64,000 nucleotides of DNA from Syntrophorhabdaceae bacterium. GTDB lineage: Bacteria; Desulfobacterota; Syntrophorhabdia; Syntrophorhabdales; Syntrophorhabdaceae. The stretch spans positions 160,001-224,000 of the forward strand of contig CAXXUO010000001.1 of assembly GCA_963666485.2 (NCBI GenBank), read 5' to 3'. The position numbers and the translations under genes are program-made. Under the pieces are notes generated by a model. That model did no database searches, was not told where the DNA came from, and worked only from the letters and a program-made list of their open reading frames with translations. Positions 61,058 through 64,000 of this stretch are shown here, one piece after another. Each line of letters starts with the position of its first letter. Positions within the stretch are counted from its first letter, which is position 1.

Positions 61058-63397
61058 TTACACCTTTTTCCCGAATATCGCCTCCACTACATCGTCCATG
61101 GTCTTCGCGGAAAGAAAGGTTATCTTCTTTTTTACGTAAGGGGGAATTTCAACAAGCTCGTGCCAGTTCTCGTGGGGGATGAGCACCTTTTCCATGCGGT
61201 TCCTTAAAGCTGCAAGGGTCTTTTCTTTAAGGCCCCCGATGGGAAGGACCCTTCCCGTGAGGGTGATCTCACCCGTCATCGCTATTTTCCTGTTTATCGG
61301 CTGTTTGGTGATCGCGCTGATCATCGCGACGGCCATTGTGATTCCGGCGGAGGGCCCATCCTTGGGAATGGCCCCCTGCGGTACGTGGATGTGCATCTCC
61401 AGCTCGTCAAAAATGGATTGATCGATCCCGAGGACGTCCGCTTTCGATTTTATGTACGTCAGCGCCGCCTGCGCAGATTCTTTCATGACGTCGCCCATGT
61501 TGCCCGTCAGGGTCAGCTCTTTCTTGCCGCGCCTGCAGGACGCCTCGATATAGAGAACATCCCCGCCGAACTCCGTCCAGGCAAGTCCGCTCGCCACCCC
61601 GATATAATCCTGCTCCATCTGGCTGTCGGGGAGATATTTGACCGGGCCTAAGAATTCGGTCAAATTCTTGGGAGTTACGAGCACCTTCTTTGTATTTCCC
61701 TCGGCGACCCTCCGGGCGACCTTCCGGGCGATCGTTGCGATCTCCCTCTCTATGTTCCTTAGGCCCGCCTCGCGCGTGTATTCGCCGATCGCTTTTTGGA
61801 TCGCTTTGTCCGATATCTCGAGCCGCGCGCTCGTCAGGCCGTTCTCCGATAGCTGTTTCGGAATGAGGTACCGCTTGGCTATCTCCAGCTTCTCCTGTTC
61901 GGTATAGCCGGGTATATCGATGACCTCCATCCTGTCGCGCAGCGCAGACGGTATCGTATCCATCTGGTTTGCCGTCGTTATGAACATGACCTTCGACAGG
62001 TCGAACGGGACGTTGAGGTAGTGGTCGCTGAACGCATTGTTCTGTTCCGGGTCGAGCACTTCGAGGAGCGCGCTCGCCGGGTCACCCCGGAAGTCGTTGC
62101 CGATCTTGTCTATCTCGTCCATCATGAACACCGGGTTGTTCGTCCCGGCAAGCTTGAGGTACTGTATGATCCGGCCGGGCATCGAACCTACGTACGTCCG
62201 CCGGTGCCCGCGTATCTCGGCCTCATCCTTCATGCCGCCGAGTGATATGCGCGAGAACTTCCGCCCGATGGCCCGCGCGATCGATTTTCCGAGCGACGTC
62301 TTGCCGACGCCGGGAGGCCCGACGAAACAGAGTATGGGGCCCTTCATGTCGGCCTTGAGCTTCATGACGCTCAAGAACTCGAGGATACGGTCCTTTACCT
62401 TATCGAGGTCGTAGTGGTCCTTGTCGAGGATCTTGCGCGCTTTCTTTATATCAATGTTGTCTTTGGTCGATTTGCTCCAGGGAAGCTCCACGAGCCATTC
62501 GAGGTACGTCCTCACCATCGTCGACTCGACGGCGTCCGGATGCATCATATCGAGGCGCTCCAACTGCTTTTTGGCCTCTTTCTCGACCTCTTTCGGCATC
62601 TTTGCTTTCTTGATCCGCTTGCGGAAGTCTTCGACCTCCTCGGTACGCTCATCGCCTTCGCCGAGCTCGGTCCGGATTGCGCGCATCTGCTCGCGCAGGA
62701 AGTATTCCCTCTGTGATTTGGACATCTCCTCTTTCGCCTGGGAAAGGATCTTTGCCTGCATGTTGAGGAGCTCGATCTCCTTGCCGAGGATCTCGGAGAG
62801 CTTCCTCAAGCGCTCGACGGGGTCGATTATCTCGAGGACCTCCTGGGCCTTGTCGACATTGAGCCCGAGGTTTGCGGCGGCGATGTCCGCGAGCCTTCCC
62901 GGTTCGTCAATGGTGTCGAGGACCATGAGGATATCCGGCGGGACCATCCGCCCCATCGATACAACCTTTTCCATCTCTTCCTTGACGTAGCGCATGAGTG
63001 CTTCTATCTCGAGGGTTATCTCGGTGATGATAGGCTCTTCGATCGGTTTCAGGCGGACAAGGAAGGTCGGCGTTTCCTGTATATACTGCTCGATCTTCGC
63101 TTTTTTAAGGCCCTGGATGAGGACCTTGACCCTTCCGTCAGGGAGCCTGAGCATACGCATGATCTGCGAAACGACCCCTACGCTATAGATCCTGTCCGGC
63201 AGGGGGTCCTCGTCGGTCAGGTCCTTTTGTGCGGCAACCACGATAAGACGGTCCTGGGACAGGGATTTTTCAACGGCGTTGATGGACATGTCCCTTCCGA
63301 CGAACAGGGGAAGCAGAACACTCGGGTACATTACCATGTCACGTACCGGCAGAAGCGGCAGGATATCAGGTATATTTACATTCTCTAAATCCGTCAT
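61058..63397 (-). CDS. lon: Lon protease
   Basis: GPPGVGKTS Walker A, DEIDK, PKDGPSAG catalytic Ser and GGLKEK. Confidence 0.97.
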   Translation of the reverse strand: MTDLENVNIPDILPLLPVRDMVMYPSVLLPLFVGRDMSINAVEKSLSQDRLIVVAAQKDLTDEDPLPDRIYSVGVVSQIMRMLRLPDGRVKVLIQGLKKAKIEQYIQETPTFLVRLKPIEEPIITEITLEIEALMRYVKEEMEKVVSMGRMVPPDILMVLDTIDEPGRLADIAAANLGLNVDKAQEVLEIIDPVERLRKLSEILGKEIELLNMQAKILSQAKEEMSKSQREYFLREQMRAIRTELGEGDERTEEVEDFRKRIKKAKMPKEVEKEAKKQLERLDMMHPDAVESTMVRTYLEWLVELPWSKSTKDNIDIKKARKILDKDHYDLDKVKDRILEFLSVMKLKADMKGPILCFVGPPGVGKTSLGKSIARAIGRKFSRISLGGMKDEAEIRGHRRTYVGSMPGRIIQYLKLAGTNNPVFMMDEIDKIGNDFRGDPASALLEVLDPEQNNAFSDHYLNVPFDLSKVMFITTANQMDTIPSALRDRMEVIDIPGYTEQEKLEIAKRYLIPKQLSENGLTSARLEISDKAIQKAIGEYTREAGLRNIEREIATIARKVARRVAEGNTKKVLVTPKNLTEFLGPVKYLPDSQMEQDYIGVASGLAWTEFGGDVLYIEASCRRGKKELTLTGNMGDVMKESAQAALTYIKSKADVLGIDQSIFDELEMHIHVPQGAIPKDGPSAGITMAVAMISAITKQPINRKIAMTGEITLTGRVLPIGGLKEKTLAALRNRMEKVLIPHENWHELVEIPPYVKKKITFLSAKTMDDVVEAIFGKKV

Positions 63398-63415
63398 GCG
63401 ATGCGGAGCCTCCAA

Positions 63416-64000
63416 TTATTGTGCTGCAAAGAACGCGCTAAATGCCCGGTATGATTCGTATATGTCAAGTTTGTTCGACAGTTCATAGGGTGAATGCATG
63501 GCAAGCAGCGCGGGCCCGCAGTCGATTATGTCCATCCCGTACAGTGCGAGGTGTTTTGCCACCGTTCCCCCGCCGCCTTCGTCGACCCTGCCGAGCTCTC
63601 CGGTCTGCCACATCACGTCGGCGTCATTGAATAGCCGGATGACCTCGGCCACGTACTCGGCGTTCGCGTCGCTCGCGCCGGACTTTCCCAGGTGGCCGGT
63701 AAACTTGCTCAGGCACGGGCCGCGTCCCAGGTATGCCGCGTTCTGTTTCTCGTGGACCTCCTGATAGGTCGGGTTCACCGCGCCGTTCACATCAGCCGAC
63801 AGGGCCTTCGAATCGTACAGAATTTTCCTGACAACCGACTCATCGGCCTTGAGGCCCATCCCGTTTATTATGTCATCGAGAAATACCTTGAGGAAGTAGG
63901 ACTGGATCCCGGTCGACCCCTCGGAACCTATCTCTTCCTTATCGGCAAATATGGCAAGGCAGCTGCGCTTCGGGTCCCTGACATGGCATATGGCCTCGAG
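63416..64000 (-). CDS. M18 family aminopeptidase, 5' end outside the window
   Basis: Frame open to the window end: DKEEIGS, SADV, GGGGT and MHSPYE motifs. Confidence 0.9.
   Translation of the reverse strand, partial: LEAICHVRDPKRSCLAIFADKEEIGSEGSTGIQSYFLKVFLDDIINGMGLKADESVVRKILYDSKALSADVNGAVNPTYQEVHEKQNAAYLGRGPCLSKFTGHLGKSGASDANAEYVAEVIRLFNDADVMWQTGELGRVDEGGGGTVAKHLALYGMDIIDCGPALLAMHSPYELSNKLDIYESYRAFSAFFAAQ

Overview
64 kb of chromosome from an anaerobic Gram-negative bacterium. Gene content (glutaconyl-CoA decarboxylase alpha subunit, membrane pyrophosphatase, hybrid kinases, PilZ proteins) suggests a syntrophic deltaproteobacterium, possibly Syntrophorhabdus-like; this is inference and the 16S gene should be classified to test it. 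Layout: (1) 1-4.7 kb catabolic operon (OYE-type flavin reductase, acetoacetate-decarboxylase-family protein, 3-hydroxyacyl-CoA dehydrogenase, SDR, SphA-type outer-membrane channel); (2) 4.7-19.4 kb mixed genes, including a frameshifted second ADC-family gene and a 55-aa zinc-ribbon gene missed by the ORF track whose UGA may encode selenocysteine; (3) 19.6-24.9 kb operon ACP - SAM methyltransferase - 2xPilZ/GNAT protein - FabH-like - FabX-like, a candidate c-di-GMP-controlled acyl-metabolite system and the top finding; (4) 25-38.5 kb accessory tract of small unrelated, mostly exported-protein genes punctuated by recurrent ACGTCCC/TGACCCC motifs and a copied fragment of the 5S rRNA 3' end, resembling a cassette array; (5) a complete minus-strand rRNA operon (16S, tRNA-Ile, tRNA-Ala, 23S, 5S); (6) 44-64 kb core genes (MCP, bioA, bioF, gcdA, PurH-like, tkt, nth, polX, hppA, amrS, lon, M18 peptidase). 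Intergenic regions carry at least 11 CGTC-type REP palindromes and several heptanucleotide arrays, some forming foldback structures. No CRISPR array, intact transposase or integrase was seen. All family calls come from motif recognition, not database searches.
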